This document shows, in pieces, positions 38,001-46,752 of a stretch of 64,000 bases of DNA. Position 1 is the stretch's first letter, and each line of letters opens with the position of its first letter. Origin of the DNA: Gracilinanus agilis (Eukaryota). Location: NCBI RefSeq assembly GCF_016433145.1, contig NC_058130.1, positions 800,656,962-800,720,961 on the forward strand, in the 5' to 3' direction. Under the pieces are notes generated by a model. That model worked only from the letters and a program-made list of their open reading frames with translations, did not search any database and was not told the origin of the DNA. Position numbers and translations under genes: made by a program.

Positions 38001-41000
38001 GCCTCTGCCCGGGAAAAGGAAGGCTGAGAGTTAGGGTTCTCGGAGGACCCGCTCCCCGGGCTGACGTCCAGGGAAGAGGGTTTCTGGGGCCTGGGGAGAA
38101 ACAACAACCCCCGCGGCTTTCAGAAGAACAGATTCCCATCTCCCCTCTCTCCCGGCCTGGGGCCAGGGATCCTTCTCGAGGCTGGGTCTGGCCTCACCTT
38201 CCCCTTCTCTCCTAGGAAGCGTCCATCTCCCTCATTCTCCAGCCCGTGCGCCTTTCTGGGGAGAACCGAGGCTGGAGCGGAATGTCCCTTCTTCCACCTT
38301 TTGGAGGAAGAAATGACTGAGGGAAGGTCGAGAAGCTCTGAGCCGCTTTCCTTTGGGGGCAGAGCTGTGGGGCAGGGGGAGAAGGGAGATGGGGGGAAAG
38401 AAAAGGGGGGAAGACAGGGAGAGAGAGAGAAGGGGGACGGGAAGGAGAGAGAGGGACAGAGATGGAGGCAGAGAGAAAAGGGGAAGGATCTCTCTCCCCC
38501 AGTCTTTGGGCTCCCCAGAAAAGTTGTCTCCATTTCTTCTCCTTCCCTTCCCTCCCGCCATCGACACAAACACTCCCCTGGTTTGGCTAGTTCCTGGGTC
38601 TCGCACCCTCTCCCCGTCTGGTCCGGCCGCCACACCCTTGCGGCAGGGCCTCAGAAGCCCTGAGCTGCCGCCCCGCCTCGCCCTCTCACTTCCCAGCAAT
38701 GCGCAAACACCATTTAATAGGCCTCGTGCGCCCTTCTTTACTGGCCAAGAGGCCGCGGGCAGTCTGAGACGCTTATGATCATTTCTGCTTTTCTGTCGCC
38801 CGGCCTCTTCTCGGCCTGGGCCTCTCCTCATGGCGGGGAGCGGTCCTGGCACAGGCCACGGGCCTGGGCGAGCCCCGTAAGCCTTCTCATGGCGCCCCCG
38901 CCGACTGCCAGCAGCGGTGCCCGCTGGGGTTCTGTCTGTGAAAACGCCAACCGCTCCGGGCGCCAGGAAGGGCCTCACTGCCGTTTTCCTTCCTCAGGAA
39001 CATTTAGACAGCACGCACGGCTCGGTCCATTCCTTGGATGCCGACCTACTGCTGCCGTCGGGTGATCCGTTCAGCAAGCCCGACGGCGGCGGCGACGTGT
39101 TTAAAGATGGCCTTCGGAGAGCCCAGTCCACGGACAGCCTGGGCACGTCGGGCTCGTTGCAGGCCAAGGCTCTGGGCTACAACAACAAAGCCAAGTCTGC
39201 CGGGAACCTCGACGAGTCAGACTTCGGGCCGCTGGTGGGAGCCGATTCGGCGTCCGAGAACTTTGATACGGCCTCTCTGGGATCCCTGCAGATGCCAAGT
39301 GGGTTCATGTTGACCAAAGATCAGGAAAAGGCAATCAAGGCCATGACCCCCGAGCAGGAGGAGACGGCTTCCCTCCTCTCCAGCGTCACCCAGGGGGTGG
39401 AGAGTGCGTACGTGTCTCCCAGCGGCTACCGCCTCGTCAGCGAGACCGAGTGGAACCTCCTGCAGAAGGAGGTGAGGGAGCTCTTCCCGGCTCGCCTCCC
39501 GATTCACCTGTTACTCGTCCCTTTTCCCGCTGCTTAGATCCGCAGGGGAAGCCCTTTGCCAAGGTAGCTGGCAAGAGCACTGGGGCCTTCCCAGCCCAGC
39601 CATGTGCTTGCCCAGGATTCCCCGGGAGCAGAGCTGGAGGCGAGTTGGGTTCTAGAGCATCGGCACGTGGCTGCCTTCCTGTCAGTCAGCCTCCCTCAGG
39701 GGCTGGATGAAGGGCGAGAGGATGCCTGGGACGGGAGGCGGGAGTGGAGACGACCTCCAGAAGGATGTGAAGGTCAGCTCCTCGGCTCAGGGAGATTTTT
39801 AACTTGGAGCCTTTTACCTTCTGCATTAGAATCAACTGTGCATTATTCCAAGGAAGAGGCGAGGTCAGGGCTAGGAGGTCAGATTTGAACCCTCTCTAGG
39901 CCCGGCTCTCGCTCCACTGAAGTGCACCTACCTGCCCGCTAGGGATTTTTTCAAGGAGTCATCAGGGCACGAGGAGAGCCTAGCTGTGGGGGCCTCAGGT
40001 CGAGGCCTCCACGGGGGTGGGGGTGGGGGAAGGCCTTTCCCCCTTTATGAGGACTCTCGCTGCCCGCAGCCCGACAGCCGTGTGGGGAACGCTTCTCTTG
40101 TATTTCGGCTCTCCCCTGGGCCTTTGGTGCGGGTTCTCCCCGTCGACCTGGTCAGCATCTCCCGTCTCGTGACTTCCTGGTGGCAGCCCCTCCTCTTTGG
40201 TCCGCAGGTACAGAATGCGGGAAACAAGCTTGGCCGGCGCTGTGACATGTGCTCCAACTATGAGAAGCAGCTCCAGGGCATCCAGACTCAGGAGGCAGAG
40301 ACCCGAGACCAGGTGGGCCCACGGTCTACCCCAGCCGAGGCCCCGGTAGGGGTTCTGCCCCATTCCCTGGTGGGCCCCGTGGCCCCAAGCACGCAGGTCA
40401 TCCTCATCTGCTGCTGGCGACCCTGACTAGCTGGTGTGAGTGAGCGCAGGAACTGGGGAGCCTCTGGCCGGGAGGGGCTGGAGGAGAATCGCCCTGCTCG
40501 GTCGTGCTGATGTCAGGCGGCATGCAAGGCGCTCCTCGTCCAGGCCCCGGCTGGGGGCAGCTTCCCAGAGAAGAAGGTCGGGGGTCCGAGCGCCTGGACC
40601 CAGGCCAGGGCTTAGGATCAGGCCGGCCTCCCCCCTCCCAGCGCAGCGCAGGGATCCGAGGACTGAGGAAAAGCAGCCCAGGTGGAGTCCCGATCCCCAG
40701 GGTGGAACCTCTGGGGGCTCAGGCAAAGGGCACTGCTGTTAAGCACAGTGCTAGGCCCTGGGCCAGTCGCTAGGGATTCTTTCCTGCCCTCGTGGAGCTC
40801 ACAGTCTAATGAAAAGGGTCAGGGCGGGAGGTGTCTGGAGAAAGGCTGCAGGCTAAAGCAGCCGGTTGACAGGCTCCTGAGGTCAGAGTTCATGGTCTCG
40901 CCCTCCCAGCTGAGGGACGGAGGGCAGTGATGAGGCCCCAAGGAGGAATGGCCAATGACGCTCGAGCCTGCGGAGAGGCCGGTTTTGGAGGTCCCGGGGC

Positions 41001-44000
41001 GAGGAGGCCGAGACTGGCAAGTGTAGACGACCTCTTCCAGAAGTTGGGCCACCTGAGATGTGGGAAGGCTTTCTAGGGTGACCCCCTAAAAGCCATTGCA
41101 GGGATTGGGGGCTCCCGAAAATCGCCCCTCGCATTTGACTGGCTCTAGAGACCATGTCGATCAAAAGCCCGAATGCCAAGAGACGGAACGGGGCACCTCT
41201 CTGGCCCTGTGACCGTCGTCAGGCGGGAGCCCCCTGGGGCGGATCAGGTCTTCTGCCACCCTCTTGTTTTTCAGAGGTCACAGTTGAGGCTTTGGGCCAG
41301 TAGCTAGGAAGAACTGTGGAGCTAAGGCTCTGGTCAAATTCAGCCCCGGACCTAGCTGGGTGCCTCGGTTTCCTTCTCTGTATAACCGGGATAACGATCG
41401 CCCTCGCTCCCGGGGTGCTTGGGAGGGTCAGTAGGGCACTTCCCATGCTATGTCAACCCAGGATCTTGGTCTTAATTCGGAATTGGTGGAGAGTTTAGAC
41501 CCTGCTTTGGGGACGGTGTTGACTTAGGCCTCAGGGTACCGCCGGGGGCCTTGGGGAGGTCTCGGTTGGGTCTGACCTTCTCTTCCTGACGCTGCAGGTG
41601 AAGAAGCTTCAAGCAATGCTCAGACAGGCGAATGACCAGCTCGAGAAGATGGCAAAGGACAAGCAGGGCCTGGAGGAGCTAATGAGGCAGAGCTCAGAGG
41701 AGTCGGGGCGCCAGGTGTGTGTGCACAGGGAGAGGCTGCCCCCATCCCTCACCCCATCTGGGGCCTCCGAGAGGGGCAGCCGGCCCTGCTCCAGATTGGC
41801 CATGCCGTCGGTCAGGCTGCCCAGCGTTTCTCCTGACTCTGCTCGTTCTCTCAAAGGGTGGCTTCGGGCGGGGGGGGAGGGTAGAGATGTGGTCGGCAGC
41901 TTCGCCTCGAGTCCAGGCGGGCCGTGGCCCGGCAGGAGAAGGACCGACCCAGGCCCGGCCTTGCCTTTGCTCCGTCTCAGGTCTCGGCCCTCGCTCTCCG
42001 AACCCACGAGTCGGAGCTCCTGCTCCTTGAGCTTCAGCAAGCCTTCTCCCAGGCCCAGAGGAACACGCAGGAGCAGATGGTAAGCGATGGGCCCTCCCTC
42101 CTCTGGCGCCGGCCAGCGGCTCCACGTGCCCTCCAGCCTTTGTCGTCCAGGGCCGGTCGAGCCGACTGCCGTCGCCCGGCGACCCCTGCTCAGAGGGGGG
42201 CTGGGCGGGGCCGGCTTGGTGAGTGCCGCGGCCCCGGAGAGCCGGGCAGACGAGGCGGCGCGAGGCGGCGGGCAGCATCCTCCTTGTGCCGGTTTTCAGG
42301 ACAAAATCTCTCCATTCTCCCGGGCTTTGAGGTGATGCTTCAGGCTACCCTCTCTCTCCTCTTGGCCAGGAAGTCAAGGGGGGACGAAGGTTCGGCTTGT
42401 AGGGAGCACCACAGACACAGCGTGGCAGCAGGCCTGGGCTCAGACCCGTAGGGGCTGGGAGGCTGGTTAACTCCCTTCCCCTGTCTGCCTGTTTCCTTGG
42501 GGCGTTGGGAGAGTCGGAAAGAAGTGAAGGGCATCGCCTGGCCCCGTGGCACCCCCTTGGCACTGTGGCTATGCCTGGCACGCATGAAGCACTCGAGAAA
42601 TGGCTGCCCCCTTCCCTCCCTCGCCCTCCTCTTGGACACTTGGATGCACGATTGGGCCCAGACGTCCCTTTGGGACACTCGTCCGTCCGGGCGCTCTCCT
42701 GCTGCGCCCTTCTCGGTCTTCTCTGAGTCCGGCTGCCCCAGCGGTGCCCCCGGGGACCCGTTCAAACCACGGAGCCGGCTTTGGGTTCTTCTCTGACGTC
42801 TCCCTCCCCCCCCCTTTCCCCATCCTCGCCTCTTTCCACCCGGGAGCCAGTCAGAGCCCATTCTCAGGCAGCAGCTGCCTACTCCTCCCGCCCCCCCAGC
42901 CCACTTCCTTGTTATCGTCTCCAGCCTTTGGTGGGCAGCAGCACCGATGGACAGATGCCGGGCCCCACAACATGGAAAAAGGGTGGGGAGGGGCCAAGTG
43001 AAGCGCAAGAAAGACTGTCTAAAAGCCCCGGGTTTGAGGGCTCAGAGCCCGGGCCTGATGCCCGGGAAGGAGGGAAGCAGGGCAGCAGGGTCCCCGGAGG
43101 CTGAGAGGGGGAGCGAGGGGTGCCTCTGCACCCACGGGACGAGAGACCGCCATCGGGGCCGAAGTGGGCATAGATTCTAAAGGGAAAAGTACTCCGGGTG
43201 GGATGTAGGGACATTTGCAGGGAAGCACTGCCTGCACATGTCTGAAGGGGCTCCCCCAGTTGGGAAGTCTTCTTTGGGGCCCCTCGTCCCCCTGGCACGG
43301 AGGGGACCATGTGCGTAGTGCCAGTGGCACCTTCCCTTCCTGTGCATGGCTGATGTCTGCGTCTGCTGCTTCACTGGTGGAGGGGGAGGGGGGCCGGTTC
43401 CTTTGGCATCCCCGCCCCTCGGAGTGGGACGTGTGCCCGCTTAGGCTGGGGTGTGGAGCGGCGCCGTGTGGGGCAGGTGCCGGGCCGCCGGGGACGAGCG
43501 CACCATCCGTGGCGCGTGGCCCAGAGGACGTGTCCTTCTCCCCAAGGGCGTGCTCACGCAGTCCAGGGAGCAGGTGTCGGAGGAGCTGGCCAGGCTGCAG
43601 AAGGAGAACGAGAGCCTGCAGGGGAAGCGCGGCCTCCACCTGGCCTTGCAGCAGGCCGAGGACTTCGTCCTCCCAGAGTCGGTGGAGGTGAGTGAGGAGG
43701 GCGCGCCCCTGGGGCGGGCAGCATCTCTGGCCTGAGCCCCGGGAAGCCCCAGAGCGCCCGCCTCTTGTCTGTGTTCAGGAGCTGCGGGAGCTGGTGCTGA
43801 AGTACCGGGAGAGCCTGGTCAGTGTGAGGACGGCCGCTGACCACGGGGAAGAAAAGCTGAAGGCCGAAATCCTCTTCTTGAGGGATCAGATCCAAGCGGA
43901 GCAGTGTCTGAAGGAGAACCTCGAGGAGACGCTGCAGCTTGAGATCGAGACGTGCAAAGAGGAGATCGGTGAGAGGGCTGGAGGGACAGGGAGGCTGCAG

Positions 44001-45739
44001 CCCGGGAGGAATGGGCGGGCGCGGCGGGGGCACGGCGGGGGGCACGGCGGGGGGCACGGCGGGGGCACGGCGGGGGGCGGCCCTCACTCGGCTCTTGCCC
44101 AGACCATTTAACCTGCTGAGCTTCGTCCCCTTCTAGCTTCTATCTCCAGTCTGAAGGCAGAGTTGGAGAGGACTCGAGCCGACAGGGAGCAGGTGGGTGC
44201 TTCTCCCAGGGGCCCCCCGGGTGCCCGTCTGGCCCTCTTCTTGGCCAGGCCACTGCCGCTCAGCTGGCGTCTGCCCAGGTAGAAGGAGCATTTCTCTCCA
44301 GGAAGCTTTTGGCTCCCCCCTTTTGTCAGGGTTCCGGGGAGGTTTGCTTCTCGCCAAGGGCCTGGCACATGCCAAACCTGATGGCTTTTCTTTCCTCCCC
44401 CCACCCCACAGTTGGAATCGACCTTACGAGAGAGAACGGAGCAGCTGGAAAGCCTACGGGAGACAGAGATGGCTTTGGGAGAGCAGCTGAAGAGAGAGAC
44501 TATGGCCAAGGTGACTGGGGGTGCCATTGGGGGAACCCTTCACTATCTCCTTTTGTACTAGTTAATTGGTGTTTCAGGCTGGAATCCAGCCTTAGCCTTA
44601 CACAGTATGGCCCGAGGTGCCCACTTGGTACCCACCTAGCTTGGGTCTCAGGCGGGGGCCCCCCATTTCTCCTTCCTCAGAATCAGGGACAGTTTCTGTT
44701 CTGTCTCCCTCGTTGGCTTCGCCAGTCCCAAGCTAAGCATAAATGCTAGCTCTTGGCCTGGGCATGGACCCCTCCAATGGAGCACTTGCTTGGGTGGGTA
44801 ATTTTATTAACGGGCTTAGACGGGGCAGGCCGGTCAGTGGTCCACAAGGTGAGACTTGAACTGGGGGCTCTGCTGCTCCCTCCTCCATGGCCCTGCCCGG
44901 AGAGCTGAACAGAGGCACGATTGTTCTGTGTCTGCTGCGCCGCCATTTCCTTGGGCTCGAGGAGCCCATTTTAGAGATGAGGGCACCGAGACCCGACAGG
45001 AGCAAAGGATGTTCCCATCCGGTGGCTGTGCCCTGCTTCTCATTTTAGCCTTGGCCCCAGCTCCGCTGGACACCCCCAGCTAGATCCCCCGGGCCCCGGG
45101 CCCCGTCTCTGAGCCCACATCTCTTCCAGACAAATGTGGAGCAGCTGATGTTCGAGGAGAAGAACAAGGCGCAGCGTCTGCAGACGGAGCTGGATGTCAG
45201 CGAGCAGGTGCAGAGAGACTTTGTCAAACTGTCCCAGACGCTGCAGGTGAGGCCTGCCCCGAGGGAGGCGGCGGGCTATGGGCCAGGGCTGGTGGGGGGC
45301 CCCTGGAGGTGCAGCACATCCAAGAGGAGGGGGCCTTGGCAGGGCCAGGGGGAAGAGTGCAGAGGGGAGAGGGGGTGGGGTGGAGGCTGGTCATGTACAA
45401 GTATGGCGGAGCCCGTGGGAGCCCCCAGCTTGAGCTCTTCCTGGTCCTTGACCCTCCGTCCCGCCTCGTTCCCGTGGCACACACGTGTCCGTGCGGGCTC
45501 CCCCGTCTGTTGACCCAGGACCCAGGGCAGAGCCGTGGGGGAGGCATCAGAAAGTGGTCAGAGCTTGGAAGGCAGCCCCACCTTGGTGTCCCGGCCCCTG
45601 ACTGACCGCCGTGCATCTCCTGCTGGTCTCTTCCCAGGTCCAGCTCGAGCGGATCCGGCAGGCCGACTCTTTGGACAGAGTCCGGGCCATCCTCAATGAC
45701 ACAAAACTGACAGACATCAACCAGCTCCCCGAGACATGA
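281..45739 (+). CDS. RABEP1: Rabaptin-5 (Rab GTPase-binding effector 1), complete 18-exon gene; 2601 nt CDS, 866 aa
   Basis: join(281-323,15009-15137,23051-23254,27459-27619,29787-29906,34703-34838,35735-35913,36473-36601,38998-39471,40208-40312,41598-41714,41981-42079,43547-43687,43779-43968,44137-44192,44412-44510,45130-45246,45638-45739). All introns are GT-AG with consistent phases. Translation runs MAQP...QQRVAELEK...DINQLPET* and matches the vertebrate protein. Confidence 0.98.
332..379 (+). repeat. GGN triplet repeat (GGA)(GGC)5(GGT GGC)2(GGT)6
   Basis: Read directly; starts at intron position +9 after the exon 1 donor. Confidence 0.95.
2134..2345 (-). mobile_element. MIR/CORE-SINE with (TAA)n tail
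   Basis: ttttacagataaggaaactgaggc core. Confidence 0.6.
2895..3080 (-). mobile_element. Didelphid-type SINE1 (tRNA head + CORE)
   Basis: Reverse complement of gggcagctgggtagctcagtgg...ggttccaa...gaccctgg...aagggtttaaaa. Confidence 0.9.
3319..3516 (+). mobile_element. SINE1 with 16-bp TSD, nested in an older CORE-SINE
   Basis: TSD TAAAGATGAGGAAACT at 3303-3318 and 3517-3532; A-rich tail. Confidence 0.92.
3620..4350 (+). mobile_element. Degraded L2 LINE (RT region)
   Basis: T/C-rich; resembles L2 (gttggtaaatcc...ggccttttctc...ttctcctcctacctctga). Confidence 0.55.
4655..4830 (+). mobile_element. Older SINE1 copy
   Basis: gtgtgaccctgggcaagtcactt...ctcttctgccttgga...gggcttaaaaaaa. Confidence 0.75.
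5431..5545 (+). mobile_element. SINE1 5' fragment
   Basis: gggcagctgggtggttcagtgg...ttcaaatctggcctcaga. Confidence 0.7.
5770..7030 (-). mobile_element. Ancient L1 ORF2 fossil, GC-shifted, interrupted by a SINE
   Basis: Recognisable L1 antisense anchors: aattttatgttatcaaaattt; ctgctttccctttcccagc; gatctggcac...ccttccttcac; tttaaatggaatttctc. Confidence 0.55.
6450..6580 (-). mobile_element. SINE1
   Basis: gggctaggccatgggggtcaagtgacttgcccagggtcac...cagctgcccc. Confidence 0.85.
7212..7392 (+). mobile_element. MAR1-type marsupial SINE (CORE + RTE-like tail)
   Basis: ggagaaggaaatggtaaacactccagtatctttgccaagaaa...gaagagtcgggcacaactgaaatgact. Confidence 0.75.
8400..9300 (+). mobile_element. L2 fragments
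   Basis: ccacctcctacaggaagccttcc; atgtccaaaacggagttcatt. Confidence 0.5.
10249..10448 (-). mobile_element. Young full-length SINE1 with T24 tail and TSD
   Basis: TSD GGCCAGCCTTT at 10241-10251 and 10450-10460. Confidence 0.93.
11100..11260 (+). mobile_element. Degraded SINE1
   Basis: gggcagctgggtggctc...gggttcaaatctggcctc...ccccattgcctagcc. Confidence 0.7.
13495..13670 (-). mobile_element. MIR/CORE-SINE
   Basis: cctcacaacaacc...ccccattttgtagatgagga. Confidence 0.65.
13880..13985 (+). mobile_element. CORE-SINE 5' part
   Basis: ggggcagttgggtggctcagtgga...gggttcaaatcctgg. Confidence 0.65.
15009..15137 (+). CDS. RABEP1: RABEP1 exon 2
   Basis: VSLQQRVAELEKVNAEF...LYLAKE; tttcag acceptor, gtgagt donor. 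Confidence 0.98.
16030..18230 (+). mobile_element. Degraded, internally deleted L1 ORF2 (endonuclease to C-terminus)
   Basis: A-rich; translates IIMDNLNLSLADLDSSNQKINKK (L1 EN motif) near 16228; further ORF2 anchors at 17461-17580 and 17700-18000. Confidence 0.8.
19412..19930 (+). mobile_element. 5'-truncated marsupial L1 3' end
   Basis: aaatggctgaacaaattgtggt...tgtgaactggaaagacctcc...A tail. Confidence 0.87.
20231..20886 (-). mobile_element. 5'-truncated L1 with TSD
   Basis: TSD AAGGAGCATTGA(T)n at 20219-20230 and 20887-20898; ccacaatttgttcagccattcccc anchor. Confidence 0.88.
21460..21900 (-). mobile_element. L2 fragment
   Basis: gtaagaagactaggaagg...ggaaaatcattttagtag. Confidence 0.5.
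21954..22130. repeat. Degenerate 27-bp minisatellite, about 6.5 units
   Basis: Units start at 21954, 21981, 22008, 22035, 22062, 22089 and about 22117; consensus about rCAGAGGTGAAAcTGATGAGAGwTgGT. Confidence 0.92.
22485..22700 (+). mobile_element. MIR/CORE-SINE
   Basis: gatctggcctcagac...aaatcacttcagctctctcag...tctgtcaaaggg. Confidence 0.5.
22943..23000. repeat. (AC)29 microsatellite
   Basis: Perfect dinucleotide run ending 50 nt before exon 3. Confidence 0.99.
23051..23254 (+). CDS. RABEP1: RABEP1 exon 3
   Basis: EDLKRQNAVLQAAQDDLG...SLQAVMK. Confidence 0.98.
23600..24280 (+). mobile_element. Ancient L1 ORF2 fossil, GC-shifted
   Basis: aaatgacctcagt...gataaacccaaag...aactgctgggaag...gtctggcagaaa; homologous to 17461-17580 in this window. 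Confidence 0.65.
27459..27619 (+). CDS. RABEP1: RABEP1 exon 4
   Basis: ETVRDYEHQF...LENEMKK. Confidence 0.98.
29787..29906 (+). CDS. RABEP1: RABEP1 exon 5
   Basis: AQEDAEKLRSVVMPMEKE...ELEASK. Confidence 0.98.
30385..30810 (-). mobile_element. Older CORE-SINE with nested SINE1 (about 30432-30640)
   Basis: Two successive aagtgacttg(t/c)ccagggtca...gtgtctgaggc blocks. Confidence 0.8.
30890..31330 (-). mobile_element. L2 fragment
   Basis: ggaggcaatagggagc...gctattgccgtagtccagg. Confidence 0.5.
31540..31745 (-). mobile_element. MIR/CORE-SINE
   Basis: ttttacagttgaggaaactgaggcag...atttgaactc. Confidence 0.6.
34703..34838 (+). CDS. RABEP1: RABEP1 exon 6
   Basis: VRELNHYLEAEKSCRTDLEMY...KELHE. 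Confidence 0.98.
35735..35913 (+). CDS. RABEP1: RABEP1 exon 7
   Basis: VCRLLEQERQQHNQ...ERKKRDQ. Confidence 0.98.
36473..36601 (+). CDS. RABEP1: RABEP1 exon 8 (divergent linker)
   Basis: EEDEQQRLSKTKEP...FPPSEE; ttcag acceptor, gtaagg donor; phase 0-0. Confidence 0.9.
37690..37840 (+). mobile_element. MIR fragment
   Basis: cctgagttcaaattcagcc...gtgaccctggg...tgcctggcatgcaggaggtgcctaatcaatg. Confidence 0.5.
38998..39471 (+). CDS. RABEP1: RABEP1 exon 9
   Basis: EHLDSTHGSVHSLD...DFGPLVGAD...EWNLLQKE. Confidence 0.98.
39795..39938 (-). mobile_element. Internally deleted SINE1
   Basis: ccttttaccttctgcattagaatca...agatttgaacc...ctccactga. Confidence 0.6.
40208..40312 (+). CDS. RABEP1: RABEP1 exon 10
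   Basis: VQNAGNKLGRRCDMCSNYEKQ...ETRDQ. Confidence 0.98.
41598..41714 (+). CDS. RABEP1: RABEP1 exon 11
   Basis: VKKLQAMLRQANDQLEK...ESGRQ. Confidence 0.97.
41981..42079 (+). CDS. RABEP1: RABEP1 exon 12
   Basis: VSALALRTHESELL...TQEQM; gtaagc donor. Confidence 0.95.
43547..43687 (+). CDS. RABEP1: RABEP1 exon 13
   Basis: GVLTQSREQVSEEL...PESVE; AAG acceptor. Confidence 0.95.
43779..43968 (+). CDS. RABEP1: RABEP1 exon 14
   Basis: ELRELVLKYRES...KLKAEILFL...TCKEEI. Confidence 0.98.
44021..44080 (+). repeat. CACGGCGGGGG(G) 11-12-bp tandem repeat (G4-type)
   Basis: Four full units plus one partial; five G5-6 tracts in RABEP1 intron 14. Confidence 0.95.
44137..44192 (+). CDS. RABEP1: RABEP1 exon 15
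   Basis: ASISSLKAELERTRADREQ. Confidence 0.96.
44412..44510 (+). CDS. RABEP1: RABEP1 exon 16
   Basis: LESTLRERTEQ...ETMAK. Confidence 0.95.
45130..45246 (+). CDS. RABEP1: RABEP1 exon 17 (Rab5-binding region)
   Basis: TNVEQLMFEEKNKAQRLQTELDVSEQVQRDFVKLSQTLQ. Confidence 0.98.
45638..45739 (+). CDS. RABEP1: RABEP1 exon 18 (coding part)
   Basis: VQLERIRQADSLD...DINQLPET*TGA. Confidence 0.98.
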   Translation, partial: VQLERIRQADSLDRVRAILNDTKLTDINQLPET

Positions 45740-46460
45740 CAGCTCAAGCCTGGGCCTCCCGGCCTGCGGTGGGGGTTTTTAACTCATCTTTATAGCAACG
45801 TTAATTCTTATTTAACTCTTAACGGAACAGGGAAGGAGGAAAGACTCTTGGTTGGGCGGGCAGGCCAGCTGGCCGGCGGGGGAAGAGCGCTCCTGAGGCT
45901 GGCCATCCCGGGCCACGGAGGCTCGGGCAACATTCCCCCAAGGGGCCCGGCGGCTTTTGGAAGGCGGGACGAGGAACGGCGCCCCTAGGGTCAGTCCGGA
46001 ACAGTATTCGGCTAGGAGACAGGGTAGGTCTGCTGTATGAATATTTTATATTAAAATATGAATTTGTGAGCTGGTCATCGGCTAGTGAGTCTTTCCGAGC
46101 CCAGCGTCTTCTGCACCTCTTTGTCTTGGGGAGGACGCACGCTCCGGGGAGGAAGGACTAAGGGCCCCCCTTCCCCCGGCAAACTGGTGCAAGTGCTGAA
46201 GGTTGGAGAAAAGCACAAACCAGGAAACAGCGGCCTCCCCCGTCCAGCCGTCCTGTTGTTGGGCCTGCAAGGAGCAGCCTGTCCGGGCTCTTTGGGCTCG
46301 GGGCCTCAGGAAGCGAAGGCGAGGGCCGGGCTCCCCCTCCTTCCCTGGACTGTAATCCCGTGTTGCAGCCACGCCGAGCTCTTGGCGTCCTGTGCGTGCG
46401 ATCCCGGCCCCATATAACCCTTGTTAACTGTACTGAAGGTGTGTCCTTACGCGTGTTCTC

Positions 46461-46466
46461 ATTAAA
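46461..46466 (+). terminator. Likely RABEP1 polyA signal (ATTAAA); alternative at 46050-46055
   Basis: Hexamer followed by a GT-rich element (46496-46515). Confidence 0.65.
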
Positions 46467-46580
46467 AACAAAAGCTGCTGCCCAGTGGGACCGCGAGTGT
46501 CAGTGTGTGTGTGTGGGGCGACGACGACGGAGAGGACGCGCGCCAAGGCCAGCCCAGCCCAAGCTTCCCTAGAAAAAGCA

Positions 46581-46586
46581 TTTATT
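46581..46586 (-). terminator. NUP88 polyA signal AATAAA
   Basis: TTTATT on + strand, about 100 nt after the stop codon. Confidence 0.8.
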
Positions 46587-46688
46587 CAGGAATGGCGAGT
46601 CCTTTATAAAAAGACAGACAGATGGATAGATAGACAGATGGATGGGGGGGGGGGGGGGGAGAGCCGCGTCCGGTCTCCGAGGCCTCTC

Positions 46689-46752
46689 TCAGAAGTTCAC
46701 GTGATTCCGGATGTCATTGATCTGCTTCACCATCTCCCGGATGTGTTCGCCC
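46689..46752 (-). CDS. NUP88: NUP88 exon 17 (coding part)
   Basis: [20 protein letters not shown]. Confidence 0.98.

Noticed and set aside
40928-41058. C-box GTGATGA with a distal CTGA as a C/D snoRNA
   Set aside because: No terminal stem or recognisable guide sequence.
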